In this document: positions 12,200 through 24,620 of the stretch, one piece after another
Layout of the letters: each line of letters starts with the position of its first letter
How positions within the stretch are numbered: the first letter of the stretch is position 1
Origin: Octopus sinensis
Taxonomy: Eukaryota
Direction of reading: 5' to 3'
Assembly (NCBI RefSeq): GCF_006345805.1
Contig: NC_042997.1
Location: 152,334,001-152,398,000 of the forward strand
DNA: 64,000 bases
Program-made: the position numbers and the translations under genes
The notes under the pieces: model-generated
Told to the model about the DNA's origin: nothing
The model's database searches: none
What the model saw: only the letters and a program-made list of their open reading frames with translations

Positions 12200-12290
12200 T
12201 CTTCCTGATGAGAAAGCCACAATATGGTACCCTTATTTAATCAGAATTTGGAAATTTGTGGCCTTTGAAACATGTGTAGAATGTAATAAA
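12200..12290 (+). ncRNA. Minimal type I hammerhead ribozyme motif of the Penelope-like type
   Basis: CTGATGA (12205-12211); helix II GCCACAA/TTGTGGC; GAAA (12267-12270); C-ATGT-G helix III; GTA cleavage triplet; helix I TTC/GAA; AATAAA at 12285. Confidence 0.6.
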
Positions 12291-12339
12291 AGGAATTCTG
12301 TACAATCTTCGTTCAACTCCATTTCTTCCATTCAATAAT

Positions 12340-13005
<666 letters not shown>

Positions 13006-13019
13006 TATATATATATATA

Positions 13020-13508
13020 TATAATACAAATAAGAAAATGGAGAAACAAATTCAGTTTGTTCAGTATGTTGACATCTATAGGCAAAGAAAAATTAGATTC
13101 ACTGTTGACCATAGGCTGAAACAGCTGTAAGAAGCAATTTCTGGATTTCAATAATTTACAATATGACTTTTAAAAACTATATTTGTATTATTATATTATC
13201 TATTGATTTATATAATATTTTGTATGCTTTTGATGTTCTCATTTGTAAAATGAATAAATAATCTAACATTGTAATATCCGTAAGTTGATGAACAAACTGA
13301 ATCTGTTTCTCAAGTTTTCTTATTTGTATTATAAATTTACAGTAAAAATATTTCTTTACCTTCACCCATTTAATACAATAAATGAATTAATTGCATTGCA
13401 ATTAAAAACATTTATGTTTTAAGAATTTGGGTACTTTATCAACAGTATATTGGATAAATGATATCCCATAGTGGGTCACACCCATAACCCCTATCTTACT
13501 TTGTACTA
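13020..13508 (-). mobile_element. Second copy of the 8525-8903 fold-back element
   Basis: Reverse-complement similarity (GATATCCCATAGTGGG..ACAC.CATAACCCCTATCT.ACTTTGTACT). Has its own inverted arms at about 13021-13063 and 13288-13332. Confidence 0.65.
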
Positions 13509-13601
13509 TATATATATATAATATATATATAATATATATATATATAAATATACATATATATACATATATATATATTATATATATATAATATATTATATAT
13601 A

Positions 13602-13647
<46 letters not shown>

Positions 13648-13910
13648 ACATATACATACATACATATATATATATATATGTCATCCTGAATATCTCTAAG
13701 AATATTGAGGATATGTGTCTGTAGAATGCTTGGCCACTTGCACATTAACTTTACAAGCAGTTTGTTCCATTGAAGAGACCAACTGGAACCCTCATTGTTG
13801 TAACTGATAGAGTTCCAGTTAATGAGAGGATGCAGGATGGTACCTGTATCTATTTGTTTTGTTGTTTATTTGTTGTATTTACCTGACATTTTTGTTTCCT
13901 GTTTTCAAAG

Positions 13911-14242
13911 GGCTTGTCCACGAGGAGTAGAGAGGAAGCATTTTTTGAGAATTTTAGTCCATTGTCAAAAGTAAAAGACGAAGTGGGAGCTATTCCAGTA
14001 CCTCCAGAAGCTTCTCTTTCAAATGCATTATTCGATGAGTTCTTTCATGGTGGACATTGCAAGGAATCAAAGTTTGTCTGTGACTATTATCACCCCAAAA
14101 CTAAAAACAAAACAGACTTGCTTCAGGACCTAGTCCCTGAATCTTTGAAGCTTAAAGAACCAAAGAACATTCTTTCTAATGATAATGACTATCTTGATGA
14201 TAATTTGAATGCAGTGAAAGAAACTGTGATAACAGGAAGGAG
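13911..14242 (+). CDS. MINDY4: MINDY4 exon, linker (GLSTRSREEAFF...VITGR)
   Basis: Long pyrimidine tract then caaag| acceptor; AG|gtaagg donor; 332 nt open frame, phase 0-2. Confidence 0.8.
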
Positions 14243-14848
14243 GTAAGGGACTAATTATATGTTTTTGTCTTTCTTTATTTATGCTATTTCTTCCTTTTAG
14301 TGAGGATTTTCTAAACAATTTCTAAACAATTTTGTTGTTCTGAATATCAAGATATTCGCATATCGTGCTGGAGAAAAGAAATATGTTAACCCTTTCGTTA
14401 CTGTATTTATTTTAAGATGCTCTGTGTTTCATTCAATTATTTTAAATATAACAAAGAATTTAGTAAAATAATTTAGTAAAATAACATTAAGCTAGTGTTA
14501 GGAACATAAATTGCGACTAAGGTTTGGTGGTATATTTTAATGAAAAACTTATGAAAACAAGACATTTGTACTACAGGTTTTGTACAGCCGGTTTTGGCTG
14601 GGTTGGTAATGAAAGAGTTAAAGGCAGCATATTGTGTGGACATCATGGATTTGACAGTGCCATGAGAGCTTTTATTAAAGAAATGAAGCTAGGTAGTTGC
14701 TCTTATGGAGCAACTACCTATGCCTTTTCTACAGGTCATGTAGGGTCATCTACCTGAATGGATTTGTTATTTGTCTGCTCTCCTATTTACTAAAACTTTG
14801 GTTCACTTTGCTCTTCTTTATATTTTCACTTTTTCTCCACATTTTCAG

Positions 14849-14996
14849 GAGTTCCTCTGTTGAGACATTAAAGGGTTTAAGTATAGAAGATGTTGATGAT
14901 TCTGAATTCTTAGACTTTACAGTACCCTCATCAAGAATTTCTCAAACAGCTCCCATGTCTACTGTAAGAAAACCAATAGATCTCAATACTGCTATG
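14849..14996 (+). CDS. MINDY4: MINDY4 exon (SSSVETLKGLSIEDVDD...KPIDLNTAM)
   Basis: ttttcag| acceptor and ATG|gtaagt donor; 148 nt, phase 2-0. L.+EDV+D and KPIDL motifs precede the MINDY domain in MINDY4. Confidence 0.88.
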
Positions 14997-16899
14997 GTAA
15001 GTGATAAATGTTACAGATATTAACTGTTTCTTTAGTTGTTTAATTTCGAAAAATATGTGAAATCCCATTTGATACCAAGCTGCCTGTGATCACCTCTTGT
15101 TCTCTGATTCAAACTTCCTGTTAAAATGTTATCTAAATTCAAATCTTCCATCAAAATTTCGTGTTAATTTGTGTTACAAATATCACATTAATAATCCTTT
15201 CTACTAAAGGCACATGGCCTGAAATTTTAGGGGAGGGGATAAGTCGATTACATTGACCCCAGTGCTTCACTGGTACTTAATTTATTTAATTTATCAACCC
15301 AACGAGGATGAAAGGCAAAGTTGACCATGGTGAAATTTGAATTCAGAACATGAAGGGGAACAAAATGCTGCTAATCCTTTTTCCTTGTGTGCTAATGATT
15401 CTCCCAACTCGCTGCCTTAAATATAACATTAATAATGGTTTCAAATTTTAGCACAAGGCCAGCAATTTTAGTGGGAGGGGACTAGTTGATTATATCAACC
15501 CCAGTGTTCAACTGGTACTTATTTTATCAACCCCCGAAAAGATGAAAAGCAAAGTCAGCCTTGGCAGAACTTGAACTCAACTCAGAACATAAAAAGCTGA
15601 AAGAGATACCGCCAAGCATTTTACCCTTAAAAATGCTGCACTAATAACGATGAAGAAAATTCTTCATTACTTTCAAAATTGATTGAAATAGAGGAAGTGT
15701 ATTTCAATTGAAATATAGTAAAAAAAAAATGATTCTGGTTAGAATTTTGTCTCTCAGTCTTGACTTTAAAATTTCAAGGTGATGAATTAGCAGAATAATT
15801 AGAATGCTGGATACAATATCCAGCAGTATTTGTTCTGATTCTTTTCACTCTGTGTTCAAACCCTGCTGCAATCATTTTTTTCTGTTATCTTTCTGAGGTC
15901 AGTAAAAATGCACCAATCCAGAACAGTGGATTTTTTTATCGTTTATTTTTTTTTTACTGTTCCCGTCATTTGATTGTGGCCACGCTGGGGCACCACCTTG
16001 AAGAGCTTTAGTTAAACAAATCGACTTTTTTGTTAAACCTGGTACTTATTCTATTGACCTCTATTTGCTGAACTACTAAGTTACGAGGACATAGATACAC
16101 CAACACTGGTTGTCAAGTGGTGGAGGGGTAAAAACACAAACATAAAGACACACACACACATATGTGCATATATATATACATATATACATGTGTGTGTGTG
16201 TGTATGATGGGCTTCTTTCAGTTTCTGTTTACCGAATCCACTCACAAGGCTTTGGTTGGCCCAAGGCTATAGTAGAAAATACTTGCCCAAGGTGCCACAC
16301 AGTGGGACTGAACCTGGAACCATGTGGTTTGGAAGCAAGCTTCCTACCACCCACCCACCCATGCTTGTGGTTTGTGGAACTATAAGAAACTTACACAGGA
16401 TATCTTGTGGTATTTATTCCAGCTCTTTGTATTCTGTGTTTAAAATCCCTCCCAGTCCTACATAGGTAGGTCATAACCTGTCAACCAGTTTAGCACTATC
16501 ATCTGATACCTTGGGTTCCTTTAGAAGATTCCACTCTGTTGTAAGAATTTGGGCCAGCCTCTTTCTCTCTCTCCTATCAGTCTTGGAGGCTCTGTAAAAA
16601 GTTATGGGCACTGCCTTCCTCTTAACTGAAAGATAAAAAGAAATACAAATAACTTAAGCAGTGCACTATGGTTCATTGATGTACTGTAGAACACAGGTGC
16701 ACCACAGATATTTGAAAATATAATCTGCTTCAGAAAATCCATATTAAGGCTGAAGCATCCTTTAAAATATGTTATTCATAATTTTTGTGATACACAATTA
16801 TGATTATTAAAAGTAGAGAAGCAATGATTTTAAAAAATATTTTTCTCTAAAATTTTAACTTCAAAACATTGTTGGTTTTTAAAAAAATTTTCTTACAAA

Positions 16900-17125
16900 G
16901 TGTACCAGTAATTTCTAATTAACTAAAGAAAATGCATCGGTAGTTTTTGATTCTCCATGCAGACTGCATCTGTTACTTTTACTTTTCCATGCAATATGCA
17001 CTAGTAATTTTTAATTCCTCATTAAAGTGCATGAGTAATTTTTAATTTTCCATGCAAAATGCACCAGTAAATTTTAATTTTCCATGTACCAGTGAATTTT
17101 AATTTTCCATGCACTAGTAAATTTT
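16900..17125. repeat. Degenerate ~30-40-bp minisatellite (TTTTCCATGCAAAATGCAC.AGTAATTTT)
   Basis: About 6 imperfect units, followed by a hAT-like end (AAAGATTGAGAACTTCTG). Confidence 0.6.
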
Positions 17126-20100
17126 TGTTTGATTGCCTATGTACCACAGTGTCAAAAAGATTGAGAACTTCTGGCCTTAACTTAAGAGTAACTTAAGGAT
17201 AACTTTCTGATATTATAGACAGAAATTTTGTTTTACATTTTCACTGCTATGTTAATACTTTTCACTGGAGGTCAATGAAAACTAAAGAATAGAAATTAGG
17301 GTCAGTTCCATTATTCTAGTCAGTTCCCATAGCAAAAAGAGGATATACTAAATCTTAAAATTAAAAGAAAAATATTTAAAACTTGAGTTTTATTTTCTTC
17401 ATTACTACAAAAGAAACGGATTAAATCAGATCTACTCTCTGATTTTAAGAATATGAAGTATATGGAATAAATTCTACCTAACAGAAACAAAATGAATGGA
17501 CCAATTATTTTGACAGAGTCTCCCAGCTTACTTGACATCAGTAGAATTGATTAGAGTTATGGATGATGATATTTTCCAGGTATTCAGTTGAGCTGAGAGG
17601 AAAGCGAGAAGAATACAATGAACCAAGAGGATATTTATCTTGTCTTGATGTACATTCTACACTTTGACAGCAATTTGGAATCAAGAGAAATGGCTCAAAT
17701 AAAAGAAATAAATGTTTCTTTGATTTATTACAAAATAAAGAGAGAGAAAAAACATGCACAGTATTTCATCTTTTTGTTTCACTTGTTTTAGTAATTGGAG
17801 TGTGGTCATGCTAGAGCACTGACTTGAAGCATTTAGCCAAACAAATTGACTCCAGTGCTTTTTTTTTAAAGCCTGGTATTTATTCTGTTAGTCTATCTTG
17901 CTGAAGCACTAAGTCATAGGGATGTAAACTAATTAACAGTAGTTGTCAAGTGATGGTAGGGGATAAACACAAAGACAACTGACAAAAAGATACACACACA
18001 TATATACATACACTCACCCTCCACACATGCACAATCGGCTTCCACACAGTTTCCATCTACCAAATTCACTTACAAAGCATTGGTCAGCCTGGGGATGTAA
18101 CAAAAGACACTTGCCTAAGGTGCAGTGCAGTGGCACTGAACCCAAAACCATTTGGTTGCAAAGTGATATTCTTAATCACATGGGCCTTGCCTGCTCTTAG
18201 TTTATATTTACAAGTCTTTATTTCTTTTCTATGCAATACAATAAATCAGTCTCAGTTGGACAGTTCAAGTTTTACAGTGGAAAGTTGGCATTGTCTTTAG
18301 ATTGTCGGATAGAATGCTTTCTGGAATTTGTTCTGACATTCTGCATTCTAAGACTAAATCTTGCCTGTCATCCTTTTAGGGGGTCAATAGATAAAAGTAC
18401 AAAACAAAGTAGGAGGAAGGCCTTGAAACCCACTTACAGCATCCCTCTCCAATGCAGCCTTCATTTTTTTTTAAGTGAACAGAGTGTAATTTGAGAAAAA
18501 TTTTGTTACTGATATTTCTAGCAGATTGAGTGACCATGTAGAGGCTTCCTCATTGGCTTCTACTCATGTATGATGATTATTGGAATTGTCAAATTGTTGG
18601 ATTGTATGCTTTGCAATATTTGTTCCTGGTCTTTGTGTTCTGAGTTCAAATCTTGCCATGCCTATGTGGAGTGGTACACTTAATCAGTTGCCCAATTTTA
18701 CACCACAGCCCAGGACCTTGGATGCTTTTAACAGAGTCCACTCTGTTGCATTCCAACCAGGCCTCTCGTTTGAGGATGCTTTCCTCCTTCTCTTCTTCCA
18801 ATAAGTCATGGAGGCCCAGTAAAGGGTCAGAGGCACTATTTTCCCTGATGACTAAACGATAAAAAAGTATGTAGCATACCACCTTTTTACTTTAAGAAGA
18901 AACAGTTGCCCCTTACTCAGCCCTTTTCCATTTCTGAAGAGGAGGATGCTGTAAGTGGGTTTCAAAGCCTTCCTCACATTGCAGTGTAGCCAATTCAGAG
19001 AGAGAGAGGGGGGCAGAGAGACAGACAGAAGAATCGACTCCAGTACATATCTAGTACTTCATTTATTGACCCCAAGAAGAATGGAAGGTAAAGCTGACCA
19101 TAGCAGGATTTGAACTCAGAGTAGAGATAACCGGAACAAATACTGGAGTCTACTTTCCATTTTTCCCTCTGACAAACTAAAGTAGGCAGAGTTACGTACC
19201 TTGCTGAAATAATCACAGTTGTTATGATACAATGTTATCACTAGTTTTGTATCCTTCTGTTACAGCATTATTGATTTGGTGTAATCCATAAATAAGCAAT
19301 ATTCCACGAAGGAGCTGAAGGAAATAAACGAAATATTAAGCTGGAACAGCTAAGGTTGTTGTTGTTGTTGTTGTCGTCATTGTGTAGTATTTGTTGTTTT
19401 GTAATCCAATAAACCTGTGATTTAAAGTGTTCCAGCCACCATCATTCATCTTTGAAGTACTAGATATGCACTGGAGTCAATTCTTCTGTCTGTCTGTTTG
19501 TCCCCCTTCCCTCTCTGAATTGCTTACACTGCACTGCGAGGAAGGCCTTGAAACCCACTTACAGCATCCTTCTCCAATGCATCCTTCCTTTTTTTTAAGT
19601 GAACAGAGTGTGATTTGAGAAAACTTTTGTTACTGATATTTCTAGCTGATTGAGTGACCATGTAGAAGCTTCCTCATACCTTTCGTCTTGGTTTTGAATT
19701 GTCATCAATGCTTTGGTAACTTTGCTTTTTTCCAGGTAGGGGTGTTGGCAAACCTATTTTTACCTCTGGGAATAGGTGGTCTATACTTGTATGGCCTCTA
19801 TCCTTTCATGTTCAGCATGGAAGGCCCCATTCTGCCAGTTCACACTGTTGCTTCAGTATGATGTCACTAGAAATGGTAACAATGTTGTTAAGGGTCATAA
19901 CACTATTTTTGTTGTTTGACCCCAGATCAGCTTTAATTGAACAAAACATTCCAGCCATGGTTGTCCACCCTATATATCAGCCATGCATACTGAAGCAACA
20001 GTGTGATGTTCTTTAGTGAATTGGCAGAATCATTAGAGCATGGGAATAATATCTTGCAGTATTTGTTTCATCTCTCTGCATTCTGAGTTCAAATACTACC

Positions 20101-20465
20101 AAAGTCAAATTCACCTTTTATTGTTTCAGGGTCAATTAAATAAAATACTACTCTAGGGCAATGGCCACCACAAAAGTAGTGATTTATGTACCTTAATGAC
20201 CCTGAGGGCTATGCCAGTAGAGTTAAAGATCCTTCCATGCTGAACAAATGAAAGGATAGAGGCCATACAACGATAGACCACCTATTCCCAGAGGTAAAAA
20301 TGGGTTTGCATAGGGCCAACACCCCTACCTGGAAAAAAGCAAAGTTACCAAAGCATTGATGCCAATTCAAAACCAAGATCTGAGAAATGATGGCCTTACA
20401 ACCCAGAGTTGAGAACAGTGGAGAAAATTTGACAATGTCTTTGGTTGTATAAGGAGTGAAGAGCT

Positions 20466-20691
20466 TAATCCTTTAGCATTTAAACCGGCCATATGAGGCC
20501 CAGATAATCTTCCTGTTTTAGGTTCAAACTTGCCAGGTCCAGCTTCATATTCCTACTCAAAAATGTCATTCTAGAAATAACAATTATATCATTGAAATCT
20601 TGAAGCTACAAGATTGTGCATGATTAATTCAAAATAATGTGAATAAATCAACATAACATTTGACAGGATAATCTGAATGCAAAAAAGTTAA
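20466..20691. mobile_element. TTAA-flanked MITE family 2 (TTAACCCTTTAGCATT...AATGCTAAAGGGTTAA consensus)
   Basis: Other copies at 25628-25854, 25871-26100 and 23659-24109. Confidence 0.7.
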
Positions 20692-21914
20692 GCAATGACA
20701 AACCAGGGTGATAGATAAGTGGAATTGTTAGAGTTTTGGATGACTTCCCTATTGATTCTTTGAACTGTGGTTTAACACTGCAACCTGGTTTTTTAATGCC
20801 TTTTGCAGAGTTTATTCTGTTGACAACATTTTGACCAAATCACCAGTTTGAGGGCAACAGCCTCCTTTCCTCCTGCTTGTCTTGGAAGCCCTGAAAATGA
20901 AAGGTTCATGACTGCTGTTCTTTACTCTTGACTAAGTGTTGAAATATAACAACTTAAACAACTGCTGTAGTAATTTGTGAAATTATGACCCCATTGTCAG
21001 AGGGTACACTAATTTAATACTTTGTAATGATTGTCTATAATACATGCAGAATGAATTTCATAATGTCTTGTAGAGTTTGTAGTCCTTCAAACTTCTCGAA
21101 CTTCTCGTGAATAAATTTAAGTTAGGCTGACATACTTTAACCCTTTTGTTATCACATTTCCATTGGGATACTCTGTGTTTCTTTCAATTAATTTTAAATA
21201 TAACAAAGAATTTAGTAAGATAACTTAGTTATCATTAAGCTAGTGGTAGGAACATAAATTGTGGTGGAAGGTTTTAATTCAGAACTTGGTAAACAAGACA
21301 TTTGTACTACAGAACCAGAGGCGGTTTTAGGTGAGTTGGTATCAAAATGGTTAATCATACTTCATCTACAGCTAATTTTGTGCCATAGGAACTATAATTT
21401 ATTTCCTGCTTCATTGATAGAGAGCATTTTAATCATACTGCTCTTCTCATCATCATTATCCTCATTTAGTGTCCATTTTCCATGCTGGTATGGGTTGGAC
21501 AGTTTGACAGGCACTGGCAGTTCACAGTGTGTACTGGATGCCTTCAACATGACACCAGCAGTGGTGAGGTCACCAGTTAATATATAAGACAAAAGCTCTT
21601 AACTGAGATGGGGTGTAGTGTTGTGGAAGGTGGTTTTGTGTCAGGTAATGAGAGATTAGAATAAGGGTGGAGGTACAGAAATAGGCATCTTGCAATAGAG
21701 GAGATATATGGCTACCTCAGTTGGAGAGATAGAGAGAGAGAAGATGGCGAAGATGTAATGGGGGGAAGGGTATGTAAATGAAGTGGGACCAAGAATTGGA
21801 TAATGTGAGTGGGTGGGTAAGTTTGCAGGATTGTGAAAGAAGAGTTGGAGGTGGAGGCAATGGAATAGACAGAAATAGAGAGGGGGGGGGTTTGTTAGGA
21901 GGATATGTTGGGAC

Positions 21915-22070
21915 ATAGAGGATAAATTGGGATATAGAATGGAGGAAAGGATAAACTGGGACATAGAAAGGAGGAAAATTGGGACATTGAAAGGAGGAAA
22001 ATTGGGACATAGAAAGGAGGAAAATTGGGACATAGAAAGGAGGAAAATTGGGACATTGAAAGGAGGAAAG
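21915..22070. repeat. 23-bp minisatellite AAAATTGGGACAT(A/T)GAAAGGAGG, about 6 units
   Basis: Seen directly; it generates the repetitive ORFs 21656-22256. Confidence 0.85.
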
Positions 22071-24126
22071 TATGGTGAGTTGTGAGCATGAGTGGAGCAA
22101 AAGAGAGAGGTGTTGGGGAAATGGGATGTGGGGGAGGGGTTTGTCAGGGACAGTTGGTTTGTGGGTGAAGTGGGTAGTGTGTGGTGCATGGATATAAAGG
22201 ACATGCTTTATGGTCTTGATTTTACTTAACCAAACAGGTCTTCTCAAGAACAGCAAATTGCCAATTGTCTTGGTCCTTGGTCATCTCCTCTATGAAACTC
22301 GGCTTCTGAAGATCATTTTGCTGTGTGGCTGGAAAGTTTGCTTTGCAACTCTGAAGTCTGAGGTTCAGTTCAATTGTACAGCACCTTAGGCAAGTGTCTT
22401 CAGGCCAACCGTGTGTGTGTGTTGAATTTTTTATAGAGTTTATGTCAATTCCATTTATAAGACATTTGTTGGTCTGATATTATTGGAAGATTTTGTTTGG
22501 TTTAAAGTAGGAGTTGTGTTTTTGATTTGATTTCATTCAAGCATAGAAATAACTTTGCGCACAGTTAGTTCTCATGACCTGAATCTGACCCACCTGAATT
22601 TCAAGGTAATAATGCCTGAAATAAGTATCTGTTCAATTTATGCCAGTGGAGAAAAATACAGATATAAAATAAATGAATGAAGCTTCACTATTCCCTATTT
22701 ACTTCTGTTTTATGTTATAATAATGAATAAATGCGCCCTTTTAAAACCTAGCCAGGCTCATGGGCCTGGTTTCCCAGTTTCTATGGCATATATGTTCCCC
22801 AGCTGGATGGGACGCCAGTCCATTGCAGCGTTACTCATTTTTGCCAGCTGAGTGGACTGGAGCAGCGTGAAATAAAGTGTTTTGCTCAAGAACACAACGC
22901 ATCGCCCGGTCCAGGAATCGAGACCACAATCTTACGATCATGATGCTGAAACCCTAACCACTAAGCCATGCGCCTCCACTCTGTTTTATGTCACATATCT
23001 ATAATTGGCACTCTGAAAGTTTTGTTTTACTATCAACCTACCAAATATTCACTATCAATTTATGTTAAGGTTTTCGGTGTCTTTCTTCAACTAAAAAGCA
23101 TATTTTTATGAAGAATTTTCTGTATATGGCATTCAGTACATTATACTTTAACTTAAATGTCCAAATCCATGCTCATGACCCATTTGAGTTATTTCCCTTA
23201 GCTCGTTTTATTTTTAATTTACTCAATCACTCTGACCCCAAAATATTCATAACTATTTTTCTGTACATAAAAATTTATCCACTGACATGCCAGTTTGATT
23301 AGGGTTTATGGTACTGATGAAATTCAATTTATTGAAGCATGTGTCCATTGTTGTTCTTGACTTGCAACCAGCCATCACACAGACCTATCCCTAATCATGG
23401 AAATAGAGAAATTTTCATCTTTCTTGTAATTATCTCCCCTTTTCTATAAGTACAACTAGACTGATTTTTTTTCTCTAGTCAAGAAGGAAATACCAGTTAA
23501 ATAAAAAGGCACTCTTTATATCCAACTTAACATGGATGTTGTGTTAGAACACTGAATACTGCATTATTTACCTCGAGAAGTCTTCTCATATGGACACCTG
23601 GTAAATAAAAGCATTCATATCATTGACAGACGAGAATCATGTCACAATAAATTATCAGTTAACCATTTAGCATTCAAATTGCTCTGTTAAATGTAATACA
23701 TATTCATTCACATTGGTTTGAATTACTCATGCATTATCTTGAAGCTTTGAGATTTCAGTGATTGCTTATCTTTTGAATGACATGGTTAGGTATAAGTGGG
23801 AGACCAGATCTGGTCAATTTGAACATAAAACAAGTAGAAAATTTTGGGCTGGATATGGCTGGTTTAACCCTTTAGATACCAACCCACCTAAAACCACCTC
23901 TGGCTTTGTAATACAAATGTTTTGTTTTCAAAAGTTCCAAATTAAAACCTTGCACCAAACCTTAGTCACCAATTTATATTCCTAATACTAGCTTAATGAT
24001 AACTAAATTATTTCACTAAATTCTTTGTTATTTTTAAAATTGACTGAAACATAGAGCATCTCACCAGAAATATGGTAACAAAAGAAAGGGTTAAATGCTA
24101 AAGAGTTAAGTAATTTTTTTTATATG

Positions 24127-24620
24127 CACTGGCATGACTGTGTGGTTAAGAAGTTTGCTTCCTATCAATATGGTTTCAGGTTCAGTTCCACTGCGTGGCA
24201 CCTTGGCCAAGTATCTGATTTGTACTATAACCTTGGGTTGACCAAAGCCTTGTGAGTGGATTTGGTACACAGAAATTGAAAAAAAGCCCATCATATGATG
24301 GATGGATGGATGGATGGACAGACGGATGGATGGATGGACGGACGGACGGACGGATGGACGAACGGACGGACGGACGGATGGACGAACGGACGGACAGACG
24401 AACGGACGGACGAATGGATGGACGGACGAAAGGACGGACGGGCGGGTGGGTGTTGCTTTGTTCACATCCACACAACATGGCTGTTCAGCAAAAGAGACTG
24501 ACAGAATAAATGCCAGACTGTAAAACCATAAGTACTGGTGCTGAATTCTTCAACTAAATCCTTTAAGCTCATATCCCAGCATGGCAACAGTCCAACAACT
24601 AAGACAAACAAAAGATAAAA
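24127..24620 (+). mobile_element. SINE family A with internal (GGAT/GGAC)n microsatellite
   Basis: tRNA-like head, CCTTGG.CAAGT block, microsatellite at 24297-24450, standard tail. Confidence 0.75.

Noticed and set aside
21656-22256. Two overlapping ~180-aa ORFs
   Set aside because: Produced by a purine-rich tract and a 23-bp minisatellite that lack stop codons.
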